Shown here in pieces: positions 1 to 7,716 of a stretch of 28,972 nt of DNA. The notes beneath the pieces were generated by a model that did no database searches, was not told the DNA's origin, and worked only from the letters and a program-made list of their open reading frames with translations. Position 1 is the stretch's first letter. Each line of letters opens with the position of its first letter. The position numbers and the translations under genes are program-made. This DNA is from Candidatus Bathyarchaeota archaeon (GTDB lineage: Archaea; Thermoproteota; Bathyarchaeia; Bathyarchaeales; Bathyarchaeaceae). The DNA lies in contig JAOZIC010000003.1 of the NCBI GenBank assembly GCA_026014605.1, positions 1 through 28,972 of the forward strand, read 5' to 3'.

Positions 1-170
1 AGCCAAGGTTATAGCAAGGTTATGATGTTATTACCACTTTTTTCAGAAAAAAGGTTGATTTCAACATACTTCTGCTATTAGTATTCTAATATGCCCGAGT
101 TTCAGTGACGAAATCTTTTTCTTGCTGAAAAATTTTTAGAAAAAAACTATTTTTCAACAATGTACCTCTA

Positions 171-1265
171 TTAGGAGTCAAATATGCTCAGTTTTTTGGT
201 TAGCTTCTGTTTTATTACAATAGTAGCTATCGCAGTGACGAGGAGAAGTAAGATAATCAACGATGGAAACTCTGGGATTACGAGTTCGTTCATTGTTGGA
301 TAGTTGTCTTGGTTGTTTTCGTTGATAACATAGGGGGTGTCTCCTGTGCCGTCTGCGTTGGTGTCTGCTCCGGTGTAGTCGCTCCAGTAGTTTCCTTTGT
401 TCCCGTTGTCCCAAATGTTGTCTGAATCATCAATGTCTACTTGAACAGAGTTATTGACAAAATTGTTTCCGTAAATTGTGTTTTGCCAACAATTTGTAAC
501 TACAAGTCCTTGTTCATTGAAGGCTATGTGGTTTTCAATGATGCTGTTTAGTCCTGCACCGTACAGAAGTATGCCTGTGTTGCTGTTGTTGGTTACAGTG
601 TTTCCAATCAGACTGTTATGCATATTCTCAAGGGCAACACCGTCACTGTTGTCTGCGACATAGTTGTTGTAAACAATGTTGTTTTCTGATGCCACCAAGT
701 CTAAACCGCGAAAATTATTTGTTATAACGTTTTCAGAAATGGTGTTGTTATCGGATTCTTTGACTGCGACACCTAAATCGTTGTTTGTTAGATTGTTTTT
801 TGTAACTGTGTTATTTGAAGAACGTTCAAGCAAAACAGCAAACTGGATTCCGTGAGAACCTTCAGTGTAAACATCTTCTACCACATTTCCAACAACAGTG
901 CTGTTTGAGCACCCAAAAAAATGAACCCCATAACCAAAGTTTTTGATTTGCAAGTTCTTTACTGTAATGTTGCTTCGGTGTTCAGCGTATACTCCTTTAG
1001 ACGAATCAACTCCACTTCCCTGAAGTGTAAAACCTGCACCGTCAATCACAATATTGTCTTTTTCCACAACAAAAGAACCGAAAACATCAGCAGTGAAAAC
1101 GTAAAGGTTCCCATCTATTTGTAACGTATCTGTTCCTTCAACAGAGCCGTCACTCCTAATGTAAAGTAGGTCATCTGCTTTCACAGGTTTAATTCTTGGA
1201 ATAGAAACAGCAGCAAAACAGACAACAAGCAACACAGCAAACAAAAAGACTTTGGAAAATGGCAC
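171..1265 (-). other. Embedded gene-equivalent (364 aa from in-frame GTG): signal peptide + beta-helix + PEF-CTERM
   Basis: GTG at 1265 begins VPFSKVFLFAVLLVVCFAAVSIPRIKPVKA; 1095 nt, same length as and collinear with the stand-alone paralog 7717..8811. Confidence 0.7.
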
Positions 1266-2681
1266 ATGATTACTTTGTTCAGGTTTTCTTTTTCTCAGGT
1301 TGACGAAGGACGCCACAAGAATACAGGCAGCAACTGAAACAACTACAGCAGCTACGTACAGTGGAGCGTTTTGGTTGGCGTCTATTTGGAAGTTAATAGT
1401 CTTTGATGAAAGCATGTTACCTGCGGTGTCCTTGGCGTAGAACGTTATACTGTGAGAGCCGTCAGATAAACCAGTTAATGTTATTTGTTCAGTTATTTCG
1501 ACCATGTCTTTTTCGTCAAGACTGTAGGCAGTCCAAGTTAAGGTCTCGTTCGAACTAAGAGATAACACAATTTCGTTTGTTTTGTATGTGCAGTTTTGTG
1601 GTGACGTAACTACAAGGGGAGGCGTTATGTCCCGAGTTAAAACACAGAGGTCCATCATGGGGTAATTGTCTGTGAAGTTTGCGTGAACCAAATAAGGCGT
1701 ATCGCCGATGCCGTCTGCGTTAGTGTCTGTGCCGTTGTAGCGGCTCCAGTAGTTACCTTCTGAGTTGTTGTCAAAAACGTTGGAGCTTTCCACATAGCCT
1801 ATGCCCACGTCGTTGGTGTTGTTCACGAAGTTGTTGCGGTAAATAGCGTTGTTCGCTACCACTTGACGGCGGTCTGAACTGCCAAGGGAAACACCAATTG
1901 AACAATTAATCAGGTTATTTTCATAAACAACATTGTTGCAACCATCTGTAATTGCAATTCCATTTGCGTATGGCGTTGTTATATTGTTTCCAAAAACTGT
2001 GTTGTATGAGCCCCCACTTGTTATAACAATTGTACCGTGATTTTTTTCGTTTAGTATGTTATTTTTTGAGATAATATTGTGGCAACTGTACACGAAAACG
2101 CTAGTGAGACAGTTTGTGAAACGGTTTTCGGAAACAGTTGTATACTTTCCGTCTTTAATTGTAACCCCACTAACGATTTCATTTCTAACAACAATATTGT
2201 AATCTGACCCAGAATTAATTTGAACTGACCCAATTATGTTACCAGTAATTTCGTTAGAACTTGAATAATCCAATATCACACTATTAATTGTGTTTTTAGC
2301 TAGGACATTATTTGTAGAAAAGTGAACATAAACGCCGTCTACGCATAGATTAATTACTGTCACGTTTGTTCTTGCTTCCAAAAATAATTCAGTATTACGT
2401 CTGTCTTTGTTTAAAGTAAAACCAGCACCATCAATTACAATATGGTCACATTCAATCGTCAAAGTGTGATTAAGAAGGTCACCAGTGAAAACGTAAATAT
2501 TCCCTTCGCGCCGAATCGGAACATCAGAAGGTTCAATACTTCCGTCAGGTTGTATGCAAATATCCACAGTTGGAAGCGGCGGAGGAATAAAATTGGCTAA
2601 CGCCGAGGGCGCAAACTGGAACCCAGTAAAAACAAAAAGAAGAATGAACAACAAAATAACCGTTGATACACGTTTCTTCAA
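171..2681 (-). CDS. Secreted parallel beta-helix (NosD/CASH-like) surface protein; apparent fusion of two genes (beta-helix + Ig-like + TM, then signal peptide + beta-helix + PEF-CTERM anchor)
   Basis: TTG start after a GAGGGGG RBS; N-terminal signal peptide; Asn-ladder repeats; two GNYWS..YxGxDxNADGxGDTPY caps; internal hydrophobic pair at aa ~440-495; C-terminal IPEFPS-TM-KQK. Confidence 0.85.
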   Translation of the reverse strand: MKKRVSTVILLFILLFVFTGFQFAPSALANFIPPPLPTVDICIQPDGSIEPSDVPIRREGNIYVFTGDLLNHTLTIECDHIVIDGAGFTLNKDRRNTELFLEARTNVTVINLCVDGVYVHFSTNNVLAKNTINSVILDYSSSNEITGNIIGSVQINSGSDYNIVVRNEIVSGVTIKDGKYTTVSENRFTNCLTSVFVYSCHNIISKNNILNEKNHGTIVITSGGSYNTVFGNNITTPYANGIAITDGCNNVVYENNLINCSIGVSLGSSDRRQVVANNAIYRNNFVNNTNDVGIGYVESSNVFDNNSEGNYWSRYNGTDTNADGIGDTPYLVHANFTDNYPMMDLCVLTRDITPPLVVTSPQNCTYKTNEIVLSLSSNETLTWTAYSLDEKDMVEITEQITLTGLSDGSHSITFYAKDTAGNMLSSKTINFQIDANQNAPLYVAAVVVSVAACILVASFVNLRKRKPEQSNHVPFSKVFLFAVLLVVCFAAVSIPRIKPVKADDLLYIRSDGSVEGTDTLQIDGNLYVFTADVFGSFVVEKDNIVIDGAGFTLQGSGVDSSKGVYAEHRSNITVKNLQIKNFGYGVHFFGCSNSTVVGNVVEDVYTEGSHGIQFAVLLERSSNNTVTKNNLTNNDLGVAVKESDNNTISENVITNNFRGLDLVASENNIVYNNYVADNSDGVALENMHNSLIGNTVTNNSNTGILLYGAGLNSIIENHIAFNEQGLVVTNCWQNTIYGNNFVNNSVQVDIDDSDNIWDNGNKGNYWSDYTGADTNADGTGDTPYVINENNQDNYPTMNELVIPEFPSLIILLLLVTAIATIVIKQKLTKKLSIFDS

Positions 2682-2713
2682 GGAAGACCCCCCTCAATTC
2701 ATTTCATACAATA

Positions 2714-4144
2714 CTACATTTCAGGTTTTGTTTTTCTTAGGCTTATGAAGACCCCCACAAGAACACAGGCAGCAACTGCAACAACTACAGCAGCCGCGTA
2801 CAATGGAACATTTTGGTTGGCGTCTATTTGGAAGCTAACAGTCTTAGATGACAGCATGTTGCCTGCGGTGTCCTTGGCGTAGACGGTTATGTTGTGGACA
2901 CCGTCAGATAAACCGGACAAGGTTTTTTGCACATCGAACTCTTTCATGTTTTTTGTGTCAAGGCGGTAGGCAGTCCAAGTTAAGGTTTTGTTTGAACTGA
3001 AAGTTAACGTGACTTCGTTTGTTGTGTAGGTGCAGTTTTCTGGAGACACAACTACAACAGAAGCGGTTATGTCTGAGCCCAAAACAAAAGGGTACATCAG
3101 GGGATAGGGGTCGGTAAAGTTTGCATGCATAACGTAAGGTGTGTCGCCTATGCAGTTGCCGTTAGTGTCGATGCCGTTGTAGCTGCTCCAGTAGTTGCCT
3201 TGGAAGCTGTTGTCAAAAACGTTGGAGCTTGCATTATAGACCATGTGTAGGTTTTGGGTGTTGTTCACAAAGTTGTTGTTGTAAAAACGGTTGTCTGCAA
3301 CTGTTTGGCTGGAGCCTGAAGACCCAAAAGAAATGCCTATTGGAAAGTTTGTGACAAGATTTTCATAGAAAACATTGTGGCAACCTTTGACAAGTTTGAT
3401 TCCACTTTGAGACCTGCCTGTAATGTTGTTCCCAAAAACAATGTTGTATGAACCAACTTGGGTTATGGTTATGCTGCCACCGCCGCTAACGCCGTTTTCT
3501 ATGCTGTTTTTTGAGACAAGGTTGTGACAATCATGCAGGGCAATGCTGGTAACGCAGTTTGTGAAATTGTTTTCAGACACTGTAGTGTAGTTGCTGTCTA
3601 TGGTTTTAACGCCAGTTGGACAAGTAATGGTGTTTCTAACAACAACATTGTGCAATGACCCAGAAGCCACGTCTACACCTGCAAAGTCTGTTCCCATTGA
3701 GATTGTGTTACCAACAATTTGATTATAGCACGAAGAACGCAACATCACAGTTCTAAAAGCGCAGTTGGAGATAGTAACGTTGGAAGATGAATTAACATAA
3801 ACTCCGCTCATGTTCAGGTTTTTGATGGTTACATTCTTTTGACCAGTTACCCGCAAATCGTTAAGAACATAAGCATTTTTTAAGGCAAAACCAGCCCCAT
3901 CGACAACTACGTTATCGCATTCAACGAAAAGAACATGCCTAACAAGGTCACCAGTAAAAACGTACACGTTACCGTCTTTTTGAATAGGCACATACGAAGG
4001 CATAACGCTTCCATCAGCCCTAATGTAAACGTCTACAGTTGGAGGTGCAGGAAAATAATTAGCAAACGCCAAATCAAACTGGGAACTGTAACAAACCGCG
4101 GTTAATACGAGAACCAAAACAAGGGTCGATGCGTTTTTCTTCAT
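2714..4144 (-). CDS. Secreted parallel beta-helix (NosD-like) protein with Ig-like domain and C-terminal TM anchor (no PEF motif)
   Basis: Signal peptide, YIRADGSV N-cap, beta-helix repeats, GNYWSSYNG cap, ...LSDGVHNITVYAKDTAGN Ig-like module, TM + RKTK; paralog of aa 1-470 of 171..2681. Confidence 0.88.
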   Translation of the reverse strand: MKKNASTLVLVLVLTAVCYSSQFDLAFANYFPAPPTVDVYIRADGSVMPSYVPIQKDGNVYVFTGDLVRHVLFVECDNVVVDGAGFALKNAYVLNDLRVTGQKNVTIKNLNMSGVYVNSSSNVTISNCAFRTVMLRSSCYNQIVGNTISMGTDFAGVDVASGSLHNVVVRNTITCPTGVKTIDSNYTTVSENNFTNCVTSIALHDCHNLVSKNSIENGVSGGGSITITQVGSYNIVFGNNITGRSQSGIKLVKGCHNVFYENLVTNFPIGISFGSSGSSQTVADNRFYNNNFVNNTQNLHMVYNASSNVFDNSFQGNYWSSYNGIDTNGNCIGDTPYVMHANFTDPYPLMYPFVLGSDITASVVVVSPENCTYTTNEVTLTFSSNKTLTWTAYRLDTKNMKEFDVQKTLSGLSDGVHNITVYAKDTAGNMLSSKTVSFQIDANQNVPLYAAAVVVAVAACVLVGVFISLRKTKPEM

Positions 4145-4180
4145 AGTGAAGACCTAACACTTTATGCTGTGCAGAATAAC

Positions 4181-4247
4181 GCATAAAACAGTTTTTGTAA
4201 AGGTTTCTTGACCAACAACTGATACATTTTAGTCAAAGTTTCTTGAC
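4181..4247 (-). promoter_or_regulatory. Promoter of 2714..4144 with two GTCAA-N6-TTGAC dyads upstream of BRE/TATA
   Basis: Dyads at 4232-4247 (GTCAAAGTTTCTTGAC, exact) and 4197-4212 (GTAAAGGTTTCTTGAC, 1 mismatch); on the minus strand followed directly by AAAAACTG-TTTTATGC, 36 nt before ATG. Confidence 0.7.
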
Positions 4248-4359
4248 AAAACAAACACGCAATAGCTATACGCAAAACGTTGTTGTTACTATGGTTTGAT
4301 GGGTATCTATAAATCATGAGTCTCCAAATATGTTGTCAACAGAACTGTGATGAGGTGGT

Positions 4360-4647
4360 TTGTTGAAGCTTCTGCTTGACGAAATGTTTGCGGGTTTGAA
4401 AGAATATTTTGAGATTTTAGGCTGGGAAGTAGTAACTGCTCAAGAGGCGGGTTTGCGTGGAGTAAAAGACCGCGCAGTTGTAGAATACGCAATAAAAAAC
4501 AATTTACTACTGGTAACCGAAGACCAAAAACCTGCAGAACTTGCAGAACTTAAAGGCGCTAAACATATTCTGATTTCTAGTGCATTGATTGCCAAAATTG
4601 CAGATGAACAGATAAAAGAAAAGTACCCCGACGTAACTCAGCAGTAA
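4360..4647 (+). CDS. DUF5615/Mut7-C-like PIN-domain protein (putative RNase)
   Basis: KLLLDEM...D37...LVTED acidic pattern in a 95-aa protein; GAGGTGG RBS at 4352-4358 (start TTG 4360 or 4363). Confidence 0.75.
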   Translation: MLKLLLDEMFAGLKEYFEILGWEVVTAQEAGLRGVKDRAVVEYAIKNNLLLVTEDQKPAELAELKGAKHILISSALIAKIADEQIKEKYPDVTQQ

Positions 4648-4703
4648 AGCATTAATCGTAAATCAACAAACATTGCAACCGCCCTCAAAGGTGTAGAACT
4701 ATT

Positions 4704-5318
4704 ATGGAAACAAAAACCAAGGTTTCCAAAGATTTTCCAAAAGGCAAAGTCGCGTACTTTGTAACAACTAATATTCACAAGTTTTTGGAAGCACACAACG
4801 TTCTGTCAGAATACAAAATAGCCACAGCCAAACTCAAAGTAGAAGCAACCGAAATACAGGACGACAGCCTAGAAAACATCGCCAAATTCAGCGCCCACGA
4901 CGCAGTCAAAAACAGCGGGTTACCCATTTTTGTTGGCGATGCGGGACTGTTTGTTGAGGCTTTGAACGGTTTTCCGGGTCCTTACTCCGCGTTTGTTTAC
5001 AGAACTGTTGGTCCGCAGGGAATACTGGATTTGATGCAGAACAAAACCAACCGAAACGCGTATTTTCAAACTGTAATCGCTTACTGTGAGCCCAACGGGG
5101 AGCCAAAGACCTTCTGCGGAAAGGTAGAGGGCACAATTTGCATGGAGCAGAAGGGTGATTTGGGTTTTGGGTATGACCCGATTTTTGTGCCTAACCGTGG
5201 TGATGGCAGAACCTTTGCCCAGATGTCTACGGATGAGAAAAATGTGTATTCTCACCGTGCTGAGGCTCTTCGTAAGTTTGCTGAATGGTATTCGGGTGTT
5301 GGCAAACGAATATTTTAA
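4704..5318 (+). CDS. rdgB: RdgB/HAM1 non-canonical purine NTP pyrophosphatase (XTP/dITP diphosphatase)
   Basis: FVTTNIHK, DAGLFVEALNGFPGPYS, GFGYDPIF and SHR motifs. Confidence 0.95.
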   Translation: METKTKVSKDFPKGKVAYFVTTNIHKFLEAHNVLSEYKIATAKLKVEATEIQDDSLENIAKFSAHDAVKNSGLPIFVGDAGLFVEALNGFPGPYSAFVYRTVGPQGILDLMQNKTNRNAYFQTVIAYCEPNGEPKTFCGKVEGTICMEQKGDLGFGYDPIFVPNRGDGRTFAQMSTDEKNVYSHRAEALRKFAEWYSGVGKRIF

Positions 5319-5368
5319 ATACCCGCATTCCCTCCGCCTGTAGGGAAGCTTTCGGAGAATAAAGAAAC

Positions 5369-5809
5369 ATGCCGAAACAAGAAAAGGGAATATCTCATCA
5401 AACTCGTCCAGTTACTAAGCGACCACCAGCATGGTGTAGATACACAGCAGAAGAAGTGGAAGCCCTAATCATGAAACTGTCAAAAGAGGGATATCCCCCA
5501 AGTATGATTGGAATAATTCTTCGTGATCAACATGGTATTCCGTTGACCACACCTGTCACTGGAAAATCTGTAACCGCAGTTCTTAAAGAACGAGGAGTAG
5601 TCTCCTCTTACCCAGAAGACCTAGAAAACCTGCTAAGAAAAGCAGCACGCCTACACGTTCACCAAGACAAAAACAAAGCAGACCTACACAACAAACGCGC
5701 ACTGCAGATGGTAGAAGCAAAAATCTACAAACTCTCAAGGTACTACAAACGCGAAGGCGTACTTCCAAAAGACTGGAAATACTCACCAAAAGCGATTTCG
5801 CTATTCTAA
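5369..5809 (+). CDS. rps15: 30S ribosomal protein uS15 (archaeal S15/S13e type)
   Basis: SMIGIILRDQHGIP, PEDLENLLRKA, H..DLHNKRALQMVEAKI.KL.RYYK, LPKDWKY. Confidence 0.97.
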   Translation: MPKQEKGISHQTRPVTKRPPAWCRYTAEEVEALIMKLSKEGYPPSMIGIILRDQHGIPLTTPVTGKSVTAVLKERGVVSSYPEDLENLLRKAARLHVHQDKNKADLHNKRALQMVEAKIYKLSRYYKREGVLPKDWKYSPKAISLF

Positions 5810-5810
5810 G

Positions 5811-5836
5811 TTTTTTACCTCTTTTTTCTTTTCTTT
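5811..5836 (+). terminator. Oligo-T terminator after rps15
   Basis: TTTTTTACCTCTTTTTTCTTTTCTTT immediately after the stop codon. Confidence 0.55.
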
Positions 5837-5858
5837 ACTGTCCGATTACTGTAAACTA

Positions 5859-5871
5859 GAAAGTTTTAATA
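5859..5871 (+). promoter_or_regulatory. BRE/TATA promoter for the DHH-pcc1 unit
   Basis: GAAAG-TTTTAATA in the rps15-DHH intergenic region. Confidence 0.5.
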
Positions 5872-5968
5872 TACGCTTTTTCGTCTGACCTTAGTCTAGA
5901 CTGCACTTTCTTCAGTGCCGCAAAAAGTGCTGTTGATTTGCATTATTTAAAATGAAACGTGAAAACCA

Positions 5969-7423
5969 ATGTCTGTAACCAAAAACCAGCTTGTGGGTCT
6001 AACAAAAGATGCACAAAAAGCAGCGCAAGTTATTCGTGAGCACATCAACAAAGGCAACGTTATCCACGTTTCTACCCACGTAGACGCCGACGGCATATCC
6101 GCAGGAGGCATAATGGGAACTGCTCTTTTGCGTGCGGGAGCAAAGTTTCGTTTACGGCTTGAACGTTGGATGGACGAAAAAGTAGCAGACAGAATCGCCG
6201 AAGAAAACGCTGCTTTAACCATTTTTACAGACATGGGAAGCGGTTACCTTGACATACTGGGTGAACGCCTGAAAAGTGACGTAGTAATCTTGGACCACCA
6301 CCAACCCGTAACCGACCAAGTTCCCTCAAACTTTGTCCAAGTTAACCCACACATCCACGGAATCGACGGAACCCGCGAAATTAGCGGCTCGGGAGTTTCA
6401 TATTTTGCGGCAAAAGCGTTAAACGAAAATAACATCGACTTGGCGTGTCTGGCTATTGTGGGTGCATTGGGTGATTTGCAGGACAAAAACAAGGAACGTA
6501 AACTGGGCGGCGCAAACAAACCAATCGTAGAAGACGCCGTCAAATCAGGGGGATTAAAGGTGGAAACTGACCTGCTGTTTTTTGGGCGCGAAACACGTCC
6601 AATTCATCAGGCTTTGGCACGCACAACAAACCCGTTTATCCCAGAAATAAGCGGAGAAGAAGACAAAAGCCTAGCATTTCTGGTAAATCTGGGCATCAAA
6701 CCAAAAGACGGTGACAAATGGCGAGCCCTACGCGACCTGTCAGGTGACGAAAAAAAGAAGCTATTGTCCGCGATTGCTGACCACCTAGTTTCTAAGGGCA
6801 TGGCTGGTGATGTTGCGTTTGATTTGGTTGGCGAAGTCTACACCCTAACCAAGGAAGAGCCTTGGACGCCTCTTCGCAGCGCCAGAGAGTTCTCTGTTTT
6901 ATTAAACGCCACTGGACGTATGGATAAAGCAGGTTTAGGCGCCGCAATTTGCATGGGTGACCGCAAGAAATGTCTTGAACAAGCAACCAATGTGATTTCG
7001 GATTATCGGCGCACGATTACAAAGTATCTTCGCTGGATCACAGAAAAACCTGGACGACTAGAGGAACTGGAAAACATCTACGTTGTCAGGGGCGACGGCT
7101 TTATCGACGAGAAGGTTCTCAGCCCAGTTTGCACGATTTTGTCAACAACTCTCACACAGTTAGGAAAACCAATCATTGCATACGCCACGATTTCGGGTGA
7201 AGACCAAGTCAAAATTTCGTCCAGAGGCTCAGAGCCGCTGATTCAGAAGGGCTTGAACTTGGGTGACATCATGTTGTTTGCGTCTGAGAAACATTCTGGC
7301 AGGGGAGGGGGACACGATGTTGCTGCTGGGGCACAGATACCGATTAAAGAAGTGGATTCATTCATTAAGCTAGTTGACGGACTGGTTAAACGGCAGTTGG
7401 AGGGTGAAAAGATTGGAAGCTGA
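5969..7423 (+). CDS. DHH/DHHA1 phosphoesterase, archaeal RecJ/Cdc45 (GAN-like) nuclease
   Basis: HVDADG, FTDMGSG, LDHH, GALGD and GGGHDVAAG motifs; conserved position between rps15 and pcc1. Confidence 0.9.
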   Translation: MSVTKNQLVGLTKDAQKAAQVIREHINKGNVIHVSTHVDADGISAGGIMGTALLRAGAKFRLRLERWMDEKVADRIAEENAALTIFTDMGSGYLDILGERLKSDVVILDHHQPVTDQVPSNFVQVNPHIHGIDGTREISGSGVSYFAAKALNENNIDLACLAIVGALGDLQDKNKERKLGGANKPIVEDAVKSGGLKVETDLLFFGRETRPIHQALARTTNPFIPEISGEEDKSLAFLVNLGIKPKDGDKWRALRDLSGDEKKKLLSAIADHLVSKGMAGDVAFDLVGEVYTLTKEEPWTPLRSAREFSVLLNATGRMDKAGLGAAICMGDRKKCLEQATNVISDYRRTITKYLRWITEKPGRLEELENIYVVRGDGFIDEKVLSPVCTILSTTLTQLGKPIIAYATISGEDQVKISSRGSEPLIQKGLNLGDIMLFASEKHSGRGGGHDVAAGAQIPIKEVDSFIKLVDGLVKRQLEGEKIGS

Positions 7424-7655
7424 GATACGTCTATGTTACAACAGCGAAAAAGAGGCACAAGCAGTTACAGAAGCAGTTTCACCCGATAACGTTGAAGTCC
7501 CCGAGGGACTAGTTGTAGAAACAAAACAAAACGGCAGCGAAGTCTACACCGTAGTGGTTTGTGACAAAAAGTTGGGCACGTTGATTGCTACTTTGGACGA
7601 TTTGTTGGCGTGTGTTTCGGTTGCAGAGAAAAGTTTCACCGTGGCTCAAACATAA
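7413..7655 (+). CDS. pcc1: KEOPS complex subunit Pcc1
   Basis: ~80 aa; A.AV.EAVSPDN and L.TLIATLDDLL.C pattern; GGAGGGTG RBS before TTG 7413; follows DHH gene as in many archaea. Confidence 0.85.
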   Translation: MEAEIRLCYNSEKEAQAVTEAVSPDNVEVPEGLVVETKQNGSEVYTVVVCDKKLGTLIATLDDLLACVSVAEKSFTVAQT

Positions 7656-7670
7656 AGTCCAGTGTTTTTG

Positions 7671-7685
7671 GAAAAAATTTTAATG
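7671..7685 (+). promoter_or_regulatory. BRE/TATA promoter of 7717..8811 (no dyad operator)
   Basis: GAAAAAA-TTTTAATG, 31 nt before ATG. Confidence 0.5.
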
Positions 7686-7716
7686 CTTCCTGTTTTAAGG
7701 GTAGTTTGATTGCAAA

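Noticed and set aside
1300-3330. DGR template/variable repeat between the tandem beta-helix paralogs
   Set aside because: Mismatches are not adenine-specific (coding-strand T/G and T/C differences occur), both copies are in-frame coding, and no reverse transcriptase is in the window
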